Source: a virus. From it: a stretch of DNA of 64,000 bases. The DNA lies in the IMG/VR virus record IMGVR_UViG_3300028920_000059, positions 21,789-85,788 of that record; one strand, written 5' to 3'. The position numbers were made by a program, and so were the translations under genes. Shown piece after piece: positions 1-8,734 of this stretch (position 1 is the first letter of the stretch; the number at the start of each line of letters is the position of its first letter). The notes beneath the pieces are model-generated. The model was given only the letters and a program-made list of their open reading frames with translations. It was not told the DNA's origin and did no database searches.

Positions 1-392
1 TTGAGGATCAAGCACGAAAGCCGAAGCGCAAAGCTGGCTACGTCTACGACGCCACCTCCGCTTGCGGTCATGGGATCGACTTCGGTACCATCGCGCTCAA
101 ATGTTAGCCGAGCCTCCGTACGGTTGCGCTTGCGCTCAAAGTGGATATTGAAAGTGTACGGCTCGTCAAAGACGGCGCTTAGGCATCGACTCACGACGCC
201 GGCGATTTGATCGTGCGCCTGCTGCTGAACTGCTTGAGCAACATGCTGAGCCAAGTCCTGCGCGGCTTTCGCATCCTCAATACGTTGTTCGTTGGCGGCT
301 ATATCAGACGCGATGGATTTACAACGGGAGCGGGCGGCGTTGAATTCACCCAGCTTCCGATTTATCTTTATGCGTGCGTTAGCAAGATCCAT
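1..392 (-). CDS. C-terminal half of split SbcC/Rad50-like recombination ATPase (partial, runs off window)
   Basis: Not in ORF track; translated by hand from ATG 392: [17 protein letters not shown]...AQAVQQQAHDQIAGVVSRCLSAVFDEPYTF...DPMTASGGGVVDVASFALRLSCLIL. Coiled coil followed by ABC signature-like SGGG; TAATG overlap with the upstream gene. Confidence 0.8.
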   Translation of the reverse strand, partial: MDLANARIKINRKLGEFNAARSRCKSIASDIAANEQRIEDAKAAQDLAQHVAQAVQQQAHDQIAGVVSRCLSAVFDEPYTFNIHFERKRNRTEARLTFERDGTEVDPMTASGGGVVDVASFALRLSCLIL

Positions 393-1381
393 TAGTCATC
401 CAATCCGGGAAGCTGTCCAAGCCGACCGTTGAGGAGTTGGCGGAAATAGTGGATTGTATAGTATAGACCCATATCCAAGTCGATCTCTGGCTTCCAGCCA
501 ATCTCCTCTCTAGCGCGGTCGATTACCGGCTTGCGCTTAGTAGGATCATCCTGGGGAAGCGGACAGTAGGTCACTTCAGACTTAGTTTTGGATATATGTT
601 TTTTGACAGCCACTACCAGTCCTTTCATCGTTGTCTCGACTGGGTTACCGAGATTGATTGGTCTATGGCAGTTTTCGGTATTCATCAACGCTTGGAGTCC
701 GTAGATCAAGTCATCGACATACATAAAGCAGCGAGTCTGTAGTCCGTTCCCGTAAATTGTAATATCCTCATTGCGGAGAATCTGGCAAATAAAATTGCTA
801 ACCACGCGTCCGTCATTCGGGTGCATGTATGGGCCGTAGGTATTGAAGATGCGTGCGATACGAATATCAACACCATACTCGCGGCTGTAGTCCATGAAGA
901 GAGCCTCAGCGCAGCGCTTCCCCTCATCGTAGCAGGCACGAATCCCGTTCGGGTTAACTCGACCCCAATATGATTCGTGTTGCGGATGCACTTCGGGGTC
1001 GCCATAGACCTCTGAGGTACTGGCTTGGAGGATCCGCGCGCCTGTGCGTCGGGCAAGATCCAGAACGTTGATTGCTCCGTGAACGCACGTCTTGATCGTC
1101 TCGACCGGGTGGCGCTGGTAGTGGATCGGTGAAGCGGGACAGGCGAGATTATAGATTTGGTCAACCTCGATATGGATAGGCTGGGTAATGTCGTGTCGGA
1201 TCACTTCCAGACGTTCACGCCTCTTAGGTGTAACACCGTGCAGCGCATGACGCAGGTTGAACTTGGATCCCGTATAGAAGTTATCCAGGCAGATTACTTC
1301 GTGGTCGCAGAGAAGCAAGAAGCGACAGAGATGGGAGCCGATAAAGCCGGCGCCGCCGGTAACGAGAATGCGCTTGGTCAT
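392..1381 (-). CDS. UDP-glucuronate decarboxylase (UDP-xylose synthase, extended SDR)
   Basis: [67 protein letters not shown] are UXS-family hallmarks. Confidence 0.9.
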   Translation of the reverse strand: MTKRILVTGGAGFIGSHLCRFLLLCDHEVICLDNFYTGSKFNLRHALHGVTPKRRERLEVIRHDITQPIHIEVDQIYNLACPASPIHYQRHPVETIKTCVHGAINVLDLARRTGARILQASTSEVYGDPEVHPQHESYWGRVNPNGIRACYDEGKRCAEALFMDYSREYGVDIRIARIFNTYGPYMHPNDGRVVSNFICQILRNEDITIYGNGLQTRCFMYVDDLIYGLQALMNTENCHRPINLGNPVETTMKGLVVAVKKHISKTKSEVTYCPLPQDDPTKRKPVIDRAREEIGWKPEIDLDMGLYYTIHYFRQLLNGRLGQLPGLDD

Positions 1382-1620
1382 AACAGGTCCTTATATTCTT
1401 CGGTGAACTTAGACATAGCCTTATCGAATTTTTCCTTGGCCTTCGCTTCCTTTTTCTTCAGGTCCTCCAGGAGTTCCTCGGCGGAAGGAAGATTATCGAC
1501 ATCATACTCATCCTTGAGTCGTGCCAGCGCCTCCTCTAATCGACCCTGAGCGCGGTCGGCCTCTTGTTGTAGCTTGGCAGCTTTATTCTTGAGCTTGACC
1601 AGCTCGTTAGCACGACTCAT
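1378..1620 (-). CDS. small coiled-coil protein (possible SbcC coiled-coil fragment)
   Basis: 80 aa, all-helical heptad pattern; coupled to SbcD by an overlapping stop/start. Confidence 0.6.
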   Translation of the reverse strand: MSRANELVKLKNKAAKLQQEADRAQGRLEEALARLKDEYDVDNLPSAEELLEDLKKKEAKAKEKFDKAMSKFTEEYKDLL

Positions 1621-2528
1621 GACATGGCCTCCAAAATCATCTGCCGCACTGCGGCGTTTGGTTTCTTCTCCTCCAGCGCCCGCTCTATAGCGGACTCAAA
1701 GTCAAGTCCGGTATCCTGGAGCTTGACCAACTCCTCAAGGAAGTCTTTCAGCTCCATATCCTCATTGGCTTTCGGAGTAGAAGTCTCTTGAATAATATCG
1801 TCGGAGCAATCCAGATAGTGGACTTCAATAGTCCCGTCGCTCATGATGACCCCGACCTGCGGTTTGTAGTCGATCTCATCTGACTTGCGGCGCATAAGCG
1901 TTCCGCAGTTGAAGATTGTTTGCTCCGCGTTATATACGTGGAAGCCTTTGTGGTTATCCCCGATAATGATAACATCCCAGCCTTCCAAGCCCTTCATGTT
2001 GGTTAGCTTCGCTTCCTTCGGAGCGCCAGGATACTCGCACCCTTTGATCCAAGTATAGGCGTGAACGAGGGCGACATACGTTGTGGCAATGTGATGACGG
2101 GTGGGGGATACTAACGGGACTCCCCACGGGTAGCCAGATAGAAGGATGCCTCCCTTGGAGTTGACAACGTGAGCGTCCTTATCCCCGCTCAAATCACTAA
2201 TAACTCCAGCTTCTACTAACGTCCAATACGCTGAGTCGGATATTAGATCAAGTCGATGGTTAGGAAGATCGTGTTGTCCAGGGATAGCAAAGACCTTTTT
2301 TGGAAAATGGGAAATAGCCCAGTTGATCAGACGCGGCGAAGAGAACCACCGGTCGAAGATGTCGCCAGCTATCAATACCGGCACGTCCAGCGTCTCTTGC
2401 AGCTCTCGGATATAGCCTAGCGGTATATCCATTGCTTCAAGCCAATCCTCCTCACCAGCGCGGGCCAGTGGAGGTCGCAGCGAAAGGTGAAGGTCTGAGC
2501 AAGCGATAGCTATAGGCTTTGGCCGCAT
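1617..2528 (-). CDS. SbcD/Mre11-like metallophosphoesterase nuclease
   Basis: SDLH, AGDIFD, PGQHD, GDNH motifs; start trimmed to MRPKPIA at 2528. Confidence 0.9.
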   Translation of the reverse strand: MRPKPIAIACSDLHLSLRPPLARAGEEDWLEAMDIPLGYIRELQETLDVPVLIAGDIFDRWFSSPRLINWAISHFPKKVFAIPGQHDLPNHRLDLISDSAYWTLVEAGVISDLSGDKDAHVVNSKGGILLSGYPWGVPLVSPTRHHIATTYVALVHAYTWIKGCEYPGAPKEAKLTNMKGLEGWDVIIIGDNHKGFHVYNAEQTIFNCGTLMRRKSDEIDYKPQVGVIMSDGTIEVHYLDCSDDIIQETSTPKANEDMELKDFLEELVKLQDTGLDFESAIERALEEKKPNAAVRQMILEAMS

Positions 2529-3529
2529 AGCGGGCACTCCTCTCCCATCTCGTCGTGGAATTTTTGATCGGCAGCTTTGGCTGCCTTTTTGAGATCCAGC
2601 CACTCAGTCGTTGCCGCTTTGACAGTCCCGATCAACTCTGCCAGCTCAACGCGATCTGCGTCAACCGCATGAATATTGAGTTGCAGGTCAACTAGCTTCT
2701 GGACATCATCCTCCGGGATCCACCGATTGGATGCAATCTCGTCCTGGCGCATTTGGTTGATTATTTTCTCCAACGCCTCCACCTGCTCGTGGATCCTCTC
2801 CCACTGGTCGCCCAGAGAGATAACCTTATGGGCCGCCTCCAGCGTCTCTCGCTGGTGCTCTTGTTGGTGGGTATGCTCGCCTAGGGTCTGGATCAGATCA
2901 GCGAGCACACGCGATTCCTCGGCGTGCTGGAGCCATTCGCCGTTGTAGACCTGGGCTAGGGACAGCTCCCCGTCGGCTTTGCGCGTCCACTTGAGCTTGG
3001 CTCGTTCCTCCTTCGCCTCCTCCAGCTGGCCGGAGAGGACCCGAGCCTCCGCCAGAGCATCACGATTGGTCTTGTCCAGCTTGGCTAGTGTTGAATCTAT
3101 AATCTCAAGATCAACGATGCGGTTCAGCTGCCGACTGACTTCGCCTGCCGTTTCGGTAAACCAGAAGGGACTATCGTGCTGGCCTTGGAAGTTGATTTCA
3201 TCCAGGTTGAGGAGCGTGGTGATATCCTCCGGTGGCTCGTTCCCGAAGGCTTTGTAAACCTCGTCGTCCAGGAAATAGTCATTTTTGGATTTGGAGCGCT
3301 GCCGAGTAATGCACCGGCCATCGACCGATAGATTGACTTCGGCTTGCTTCCCGCCGTCGCGGATGAATTCTTGGCCAGCCGGACGGTTGGTTGCAAGCCA
3401 GCGAAGCGCACGAATGACTGCGGACTTTCCTCGGTCGGAGGCACCGACGATTGACGTCACGCCTGGGTCGAGATCCAGCGCCAGCTTCTGGTGGGCTTGG
3501 AAGTTCTTGATGGTTAGCTTAGTGAACAC
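2510..3529 (-). CDS. N-terminal half of split SbcC/Rad50-like ATPase
   Basis: IKNFQAH, Walker A GASDRGKS, Q-loop NFQGQHD, coiled coil ending in the zinc-hook CPLCG; GTG start at 3529 after GGAGG. Confidence 0.88.
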   Translation of the reverse strand: MFTKLTIKNFQAHQKLALDLDPGVTSIVGASDRGKSAVIRALRWLATNRPAGQEFIRDGGKQAEVNLSVDGRCITRQRSKSKNDYFLDDEVYKAFGNEPPEDITTLLNLDEINFQGQHDSPFWFTETAGEVSRQLNRIVDLEIIDSTLAKLDKTNRDALAEARVLSGQLEEAKEERAKLKWTRKADGELSLAQVYNGEWLQHAEESRVLADLIQTLGEHTHQQEHQRETLEAAHKVISLGDQWERIHEQVEALEKIINQMRQDEIASNRWIPEDDVQKLVDLQLNIHAVDADRVELAELIGTVKAATTEWLDLKKAAKAADQKFHDEMGEECPLCGQSL

Positions 3530-4007
3530 CGAGTTGCCTCCTACCGTATTCGGCGATACAGAGAGCATCGGCCAGACCGTCGTCATCCTTGGTGGAGCGG
3601 GCCGTGCGTTTGAGGCTGACATCGGGAAACAATCGTTTGGCCACCAGAATGGCTACATCCTTGGTCCCCTTGGGCATGTCCTTGCACATGACCCGCTTCC
3701 AAGTGGTGGGGTGAACGAGGGTGTAGGGCAGGTGGAGACCTACGCATATCCCTCGAAGCAGTCCCCAGCCGGCCCCAAAGTTGAAGGCCGAGGCAATTCC
3801 TTGGCCGGGCATGGACTGGACTTTCTCGATATAGACATGTTGGATGGCGCTCCGCCGGTGCTCTAGGATTTGCCGCACGGTCACCTCGTCCACCGCTCGC
3901 TTGTTTTTGGTAACACGGAGGACCGGAAGGGGACGAACGGTTACGCCCCGTCCCCGCCGGAAGGCGATGGCTCCCTTCATGCCAGGGTCAATTCCGATGA
4001 TCATCAT
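3519..4007 (-). CDS. RuvC-like Holliday junction resolvase
   Basis: IIGIDPG, VYIEKV, SAFNFG, DGLADALCIA; ATG 4007 follows AAGGAGG. The ORF-track extension to 4115 is the repeat array. Confidence 0.9.
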   Translation of the reverse strand: MMIIGIDPGMKGAIAFRRGRGVTVRPLPVLRVTKNKRAVDEVTVRQILEHRRSAIQHVYIEKVQSMPGQGIASAFNFGAGWGLLRGICVGLHLPYTLVHPTTWKRVMCKDMPKGTKDVAILVAKRLFPDVSLKRTARSTKDDDGLADALCIAEYGRRQLGVH

Positions 4008-4026
4008 AAAGCCTCCTTGTGAAAAA

Positions 4027-4400
4027 ACCGTACCAAACCACACCTGACCGAACCCTACCTTACCCAACCGTACCGAACCTGCCAAACCAAACCTAACCCT
4101 ATCCAAGCCAACCATACCGCACCTTACCTAACCCGACCTGCCAAACCAAACCGTACCTCACCACACCGTACCCGACCGTACCTAACCAAAGCTCACCATA
4201 CCTGCCATACCTTACCAAACCTCACCCTACCCCACCATACCGGACCCAACTTCACCCCACCATACCTGCCATACCTTACCAAACCGAACCGCACCTTACC
4301 CTACCCTACCACACCGAACCTGCCAAACCCAACCGTACCTTACCGGACCCCACCGAACCGAACCGTACCTGCCAAACCCAACCAAACCACACCGCAGCCA
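4027..4400 (-). repeat. GGT-NN pentamer array segmented by GGCAGGT; putative guide-RNA array
   Basis: About 70 consecutive GGT+NN pentamers with only a few GCT/GAT/AGT variants. Plus-strand ACCTGCC delimiters start at 4077, 4136, 4200, 4264, 4318 and 4367 (spacings 59, 64, 64, 54, 49, all 5n+4). The array begins directly after the stop of 4404..4889. Confidence 0.92.
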
Positions 4401-4403
4401 AGT

Positions 4404-4889
4404 CTACAGTTGATCGATGACGTGCCAGACGGCGGCTAATTCTCTGAGGGCTGCGTATTTTGTACGACAGACTTTTAGTTCTGCTCGTGCCCGTTGGAGT
4501 ACCTGCTTTCTCCGTTTCGGATCAGCTAGGGCTTCCTCCAGGCTTACCCATTCGTTTCGCGGAGCATCTTCGTCCTCCGTCTCTGTTTCCCGCACGACGG
4601 GGGTGTATACACGAACAGGTGTATCCACCCCTTCAACTCGTACAACGATGGACCGAAGCATTTGGGCCGCTCGGATACGATAGTATTCCGTTGCCGCCTG
4701 CTCCTTATCCTTGATGTATATTTCGGGGTGGAGAGGACTGTTCTTTTTCTTGGCCTCCTGGACCAAGATGGCGGGCGTGACCCCTCCGCCGTTGGCTTTC
4801 CGTAGACGTTGGATTTCTTTGTGGGCTACCTTGGCATCAATCCTGGATTGATAACCGGCCTTCCATTCTACCTTGATGGTTTTTGCCAT
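4404..4889 (-). CDS. conserved phage protein, partner of the RAMP-like gene
   Basis: VTPAILVQEAKKKNSPLHP...AATEYYRIRAAQMLRSI; ATG 4889 with AAGGAG; lies between the RAMP-like gene and the array. Confidence 0.7.
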   Translation of the reverse strand: MAKTIKVEWKAGYQSRIDAKVAHKEIQRLRKANGGGVTPAILVQEAKKKNSPLHPEIYIKDKEQAATEYYRIRAAQMLRSIVVRVEGVDTPVRVYTPVVRETETEDEDAPRNEWVSLEEALADPKRRKQVLQRARAELKVCRTKYAALRELAAVWHVIDQL

Positions 4890-4912
4890 GGTTTTTCTCC
4901 TTGGGAAAGACG

Positions 4913-5494
4913 TCAATTGGTTTTGACCTGGAACCTTCCGTAGTCGCCTCCCTTTTGAGGACGCATCTCCAGTAAGCCCACGCCGAAACCGGCTCGGTCC
5001 AACAGGTTCACGATGTCGTCCGGGCGAAGATTTTCTGCATCGAACTCGATGCTAATGTCGCTCTCCCACCCGCTTGGAAATTCGGGACGGTATCGGAGAT
5101 CCGTTCCTCCTTGGCCAACTCGGACGCAGTCCTCCCTCATCACCGGTTCACCACATCGCATGGGGATTGTGTTGTTCGCGTCGGAGCATAGGACGAAAAG
5201 GGATTTGCGAACCAGTGTCTTTTCGATTCCGATATCCTTGTGGGCTGCGTTGATGAGGCTCTGTTTGATTGCTCCAGCGGGGATTCCGTATTGCCCGTCC
5301 TCTGTTCTATGAGTGGCCGCCTCGCACTCTTCTTCTGGGATACACACTTCACGAGTTTTGGTTTTCCTGCCCTCCTTTTTGTCTCGCATCTGCTTGCGAG
5401 CTTTCTCGGCCCAACTATGTTGGATCAAGGGAGAGGTCCCTTGGATTGTGACGCTGAGAACTTTGCGTTGGATTGGCTTTAGCTTGATGGCCAT
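4913..5494 (-). CDS. solo RAMP/Cas7-like RNA-binding protein
   Basis: N-terminal strand VTIQGTSPLI, IPAGAIKQSL (cf. IPGSSLKG of Cas7-group RAMPs), and C-terminal Gly-rich loop GFGVGLLEMRPQKGGDYGRFQV; AAAGGAG RBS. Confidence 0.72.
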   Translation of the reverse strand: MAIKLKPIQRKVLSVTIQGTSPLIQHSWAEKARKQMRDKKEGRKTKTREVCIPEEECEAATHRTEDGQYGIPAGAIKQSLINAAHKDIGIEKTLVRKSLFVLCSDANNTIPMRCGEPVMREDCVRVGQGGTDLRYRPEFPSGWESDISIEFDAENLRPDDIVNLLDRAGFGVGLLEMRPQKGGDYGRFQVKTN

Positions 5495-5558
5495 GATTGG
5501 CTCCTTTCTTGTGTCTAGGACACGCTCTTTTTATGATTACAATAACACCGACGAGATG

Positions 5559-5855
5559 TCATTGTGGTGATTGTTGTTCACGGGAACGCCTTTCCTCCAG
5601 CGCATTCAGGACGGTGGATTTGTAGTGGTCCCATCCTTCCCAATACCCAGCGTTATAGGCGTCCATGAGAGCCTTTTCCAATCGACTGGGGCGGTATAAT
5701 ATGGACCACTCCCATAGACGGTGCGGCCAGCGAAACAGGAGGTGGAGTCCTAGGTAGGTACACACCGCTTCATCCCGGACTACGTTGAACCAGCATACAC
5801 GCATGCCGGTAGGATATTTTTCGAGCGGCTTGACTGTGCGGAGTGGCCAGATCAT
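5559..5855 (-). CDS. hypothetical protein
   Basis: ORF coupled by ATGA overlap; start trimmed to MIWPLR. Confidence 0.55.
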   Translation of the reverse strand: MIWPLRTVKPLEKYPTGMRVCWFNVVRDEAVCTYLGLHLLFRWPHRLWEWSILYRPSRLEKALMDAYNAGYWEGWDHYKSTVLNALEERRSREQQSPQ

Positions 5856-6151
5856 TCCTTCAGCCCCCAGTTGTGGTGGTAACAATTCATAATTTCCAGA
5901 TCGTCTGGTCCAGCGGGTAGGCCGGCAGGTAGCTTCCCGGGTTGGCCAATTGACTTCTTGGCTTTGATATACTCAAGAGGATGAACCTTCCCTTTGGCAA
6001 TACCGGCCTCTATTATATCGCGGATCGGACCGCTAAGTTGGTCAACAAGGGAAGTCGAGTATTCAGCCAGCTTCTCATGGATGAACTGATGGTAGTTCTT
6101 CCAGCGCTTGATTTCAGTAATACTTGGATTGCGACTAATACGGTTACTCAT
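5852..6151 (-). CDS. hypothetical protein
   Basis: ORF overlapping both neighbours in the operon. Confidence 0.55.
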   Translation of the reverse strand: MSNRISRNPSITEIKRWKNYHQFIHEKLAEYSTSLVDQLSGPIRDIIEAGIAKGKVHPLEYIKAKKSIGQPGKLPAGLPAGPDDLEIMNCYHHNWGLKE

Positions 6152-7044
6152 TCTCCTCTCCTTCTCAGCTTCGGTCGCATTGTATTAAAGAAGGAGATCC
6201 ACTCCCCACGGCGCGGTTTGCGTAAGTAACTTAGGAAGCCATAACGCTCACACATGGAGAAGAAGGCATCTGGGTTGTACTCGGGTTCCCTCAGTTCAAA
6301 GGTTTTGGTCTTGAGATGGGGAAGCGCCACCAGCTTTTCGTTGCGGCTGATAATCGTCTCACCGTCGTAGCTGGTAATGGCTTTGTAGGTTTTGTAGTGA
6401 GGAGGGAGCTGGCGAGTCAGGAACTTGATTGCTGTTTTTACTCCGACTCCGGGAACGCCCGGCACGTTATCGCCCGAGCATCCTGCAATGCATTTGACGT
6501 CACGCCAGAGAGCAGGTTCAATTCCCTTCGCTTCGATAAAGCTGTCGGAATCATAGCCCTTTCTTCTTGCGGGATCGTACCAGCGAACGTAGTCGCTGAT
6601 GCACTGCCAGAGATCGCCGTCGGCAGATACGATGATTCCTTTTTCCTTATTACTAGTCAGGATGTTGGCTGCCTCTGCGATCAGGTCGTCGGATTCCAAT
6701 CCGGTTTGGCGAATGACTTGAAAGCCGATAGCTGGGAGGATCGTTCGACGTAGCAGCTTGATTTGGTCGTACATTATGCCCAGCTGCTCTTTCTCCTCGT
6801 CGGTCATATCCTTCTTACGATCTCCCTTGTAGGACGGGAGGATCCGCTTACGATAGGACTGGCGCGAGTCGAAGAACAGTACGACCTTATTGGAGTTGAT
6901 GTTGGGATCGGAGCAGATCGTACGAAGCTGTTCCCAGAATCCAAACAGGATGCCGGTATTGAAGTCATCGTAAGCCAGGTCCGCCGTAGCGTAGCGGGCG
7001 CGATGCGCGAGAAATGAAATGTCAATGAGGACCCAGGGCTTCAT
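6148..7044 (-). CDS. 5'-3' exonuclease / flap endonuclease (PolA N-terminal / T4 RNase H-like)
   Basis: LIDIS, FFDSRQSYRK..LPSYKGDR, LESDDLI, SADGDL, H3TH GCSGDNVPGVPGVGVKTA. Confidence 0.92.
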   Translation of the reverse strand: MKPWVLIDISFLAHRARYATADLAYDDFNTGILFGFWEQLRTICSDPNINSNKVVLFFDSRQSYRKRILPSYKGDRKKDMTDEEKEQLGIMYDQIKLLRRTILPAIGFQVIRQTGLESDDLIAEAANILTSNKEKGIIVSADGDLWQCISDYVRWYDPARRKGYDSDSFIEAKGIEPALWRDVKCIAGCSGDNVPGVPGVGVKTAIKFLTRQLPPHYKTYKAITSYDGETIISRNEKLVALPHLKTKTFELREPEYNPDAFFSMCERYGFLSYLRKPRRGEWISFFNTMRPKLRRRGE

Positions 7045-7049
7045 ATCTA

Positions 7050-7310
7050 TTATCGCTTGTCAGTCGATAATCCACGTTGGCAACGTGGACACTTGCAGGG
7101 AGCACACCAGCGCAGCTTGTCCACGGCCTCGTTGATAAGACAGGCACTAAAGACATGACGTGCGGTATCCTCACGCTCGTGAGGCTCATATGCCCAACCG
7201 TATGCCGTCGTGACAATAATGTAGCCATTCTCGTCGCCGGTGTAGTCATCGTCGCACCAGTTCTCAATTCTTTTCTTGAGATACTTGGGCATGTAACGGG
7301 GTATCGGCAT
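7050..7310 (-). CDS. hypothetical protein with C-terminal CxCxxC
   Basis: MPIPRYMPK start, TAATG-coupled to the upstream gene. Confidence 0.55.
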   Translation of the reverse strand: MPIPRYMPKYLKKRIENWCDDDYTGDENGYIIVTTAYGWAYEPHEREDTARHVFSACLINEAVDKLRWCAPCKCPRCQRGLSTDKR

Positions 7311-7582
7311 TACGCATCTCCTTGTAGCTTGGCCAAGGCTGCACGGGCGAATCGTTCGCATTTAGCATAGCCAGGGCCGTCGGGGTCGGTGATCATTTCC
7401 AGCGCATGGACAACGTCCGCGATGGCCTCGGGATTAAGACCGGCAAGAGCGTTGACGCAGGCGACGATGCGCGCAGAGTCCTTCGTTGACGTTGTCTGAG
7501 CTAGTGGCGACCCGCCTACGGTACTCCATATAGCGTGGCGGTTATCGTACCACGGCTCCGGTGTGTGCTGTGTCTCTGTCAT
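7310..7582 (-). CDS. hypothetical phage protein (cassette-like)
   Basis: MTETQHTPEPW...ARIVACVNA; preceded by a hairpin and an ACCACCACACAAGGAG leader. Confidence 0.7.
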   Translation of the reverse strand: MTETQHTPEPWYDNRHAIWSTVGGSPLAQTTSTKDSARIVACVNALAGLNPEAIADVVHALEMITDPDGPGYAKCERFARAALAKLQGDA

Positions 7583-7655
7583 GGTCTGTTCTCCTTGTGT
7601 GGTGGTGGTTCTAAGCCCAGCCCCGGGTTCGCACCGGGGCACCCGCTTTGACGGA

Positions 7656-8390
7656 TTAGGCAGCCGCCAGCAGGTGGCGGAAGTCGTCCATTGCGCGGAT
7701 CTGTTCGTGCGCGGGGGACTTCTGGAGTACGTGAGTGAAGGCATTGTACATGCCCCATCCGTTGCCGTGGTGCTCCCTGAACTCCGGGAAGGGTGACTCC
7801 CGGTACTCCTTGTCAACCTTGCCGACGCGGCTCCAGGGGAGCAGCCCCTTCCGGCCCGTCTCCATCAGGATGTGCTCGGCGGCCAGGTCTGACAGCGGCA
7901 GCTCCTTCATGGAGTTGATGATGCTCGTCACGCTGTCGGTTTTCTCCAGGTACGCTTCGATTCCTTCGCTGATGCTTTCGCGAAGATTGAAGTTGCACGT
8001 GTGGAGATGGCGCAGGGTCACGTCGCCACTCACCATGCCGTTGGAGCAGATAAATATCTTGGCCCCGACGGCGATCTTGAGCGCGAAGTTGCGCATGTTG
8101 CCGTGGTGGACGCCCAGGCTGAAGGTCGTGCCTTCGGGTGCCTCGCGGTTCGGAATCCTCAAGCTGAGGGATCCGGACAACACGTCCTGGGTCTTGCCGG
8201 CGACGTGCCACGTCTCGTCGGTGATCGTGACGTCACGTGTTTCCAGCTCGTTGACGATGGCCTCGGCCAGGTCGCTGTGCGGGATGCCCCGCCAGACGCG
8301 ACCGGCGTTGGGCGGCCGGATCAGAGGGATGCTCCGTAGGGCTTCCCTTTCAATCTGGCCGGTGTTCTTCTGTTCTCTGAGGGTGATCAT
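7656..8390 (-). CDS. DUF932-like protein
   Basis: IPHSDLA, FICSNGMV, W..YNAFT motifs; strong CCTACCACCAAGGAG leader. Confidence 0.65.
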   Translation of the reverse strand: MITLREQKNTGQIEREALRSIPLIRPPNAGRVWRGIPHSDLAEAIVNELETRDVTITDETWHVAGKTQDVLSGSLSLRIPNREAPEGTTFSLGVHHGNMRNFALKIAVGAKIFICSNGMVSGDVTLRHLHTCNFNLRESISEGIEAYLEKTDSVTSIINSMKELPLSDLAAEHILMETGRKGLLPWSRVGKVDKEYRESPFPEFREHHGNGWGMYNAFTHVLQKSPAHEQIRAMDDFRHLLAAA

Positions 8391-8451
8391 GATAGTCTCT
8401 CCTTGGTGGTAGGTGGTGGGCCGAGCCTGTGACCCTGGCTCGGCAGAAGGG

Positions 8452-8637
8452 TCAGGCGGTTCCGGGATCGACCTCCCGGCCCAGGAGTTTGGCCAGCGCG
8501 GGGGCCATTTCCTCGCGGTCTGCCTGCGAGAGTTCTTTCACCTCCTCGCTGAATTCCTTGAGGCCCTGGCCGGGCTTATTCCCGAAGTATTTCTTGCAGG
8601 CCAGCGCAAAGGGCAGGGGTTTCTCGATCTGTGACAT
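8452..8637 (-). CDS. small hypothetical protein (cassette)
   Basis: MSQIEKPLPF..., AAAGGAG RBS after a hairpin repeat. Confidence 0.7.
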   Translation of the reverse strand: MSQIEKPLPFALACKKYFGNKPGQGLKEFSEEVKELSQADREEMAPALAKLLGREVDPGTA

Positions 8638-8667
8638 TGGTTGCTCCTTTCTGAGCGGGTGGTAGGT

Positions 8668-8725
8668 GTCTCTCACTGCCTCAGCCCGGTCATCCCATGA
8701 CGGGAAGCCGGGCTGTGAGGCTATG
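8668..8725 (-). repeat. bulged-hairpin intergenic repeat, copy A
   Basis: CATAGCCTCACAGCCCGG-loop-CCGGGCTGAGGCAGTGAGAGAC, then CTACCAC and RBS. Confidence 0.9.
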
Positions 8726-8734
8726 TGGAAGGGG

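Noticed and set aside
4008-4115. N-terminal extension of the RuvC-like ORF (MVGLDRVRFGLAGSVRLGKVGFG...)
   Set aside because: It is a translation of the pentamer array; the real start is ATG 4007 after AAGGAGG.
4027-4400. Canonical CRISPR array or simple microsatellite
   Set aside because: There is no 23-47 nt direct repeat with unique spacers, and the NN diversity with strict phase and regular delimiters does not fit a slippage microsatellite.
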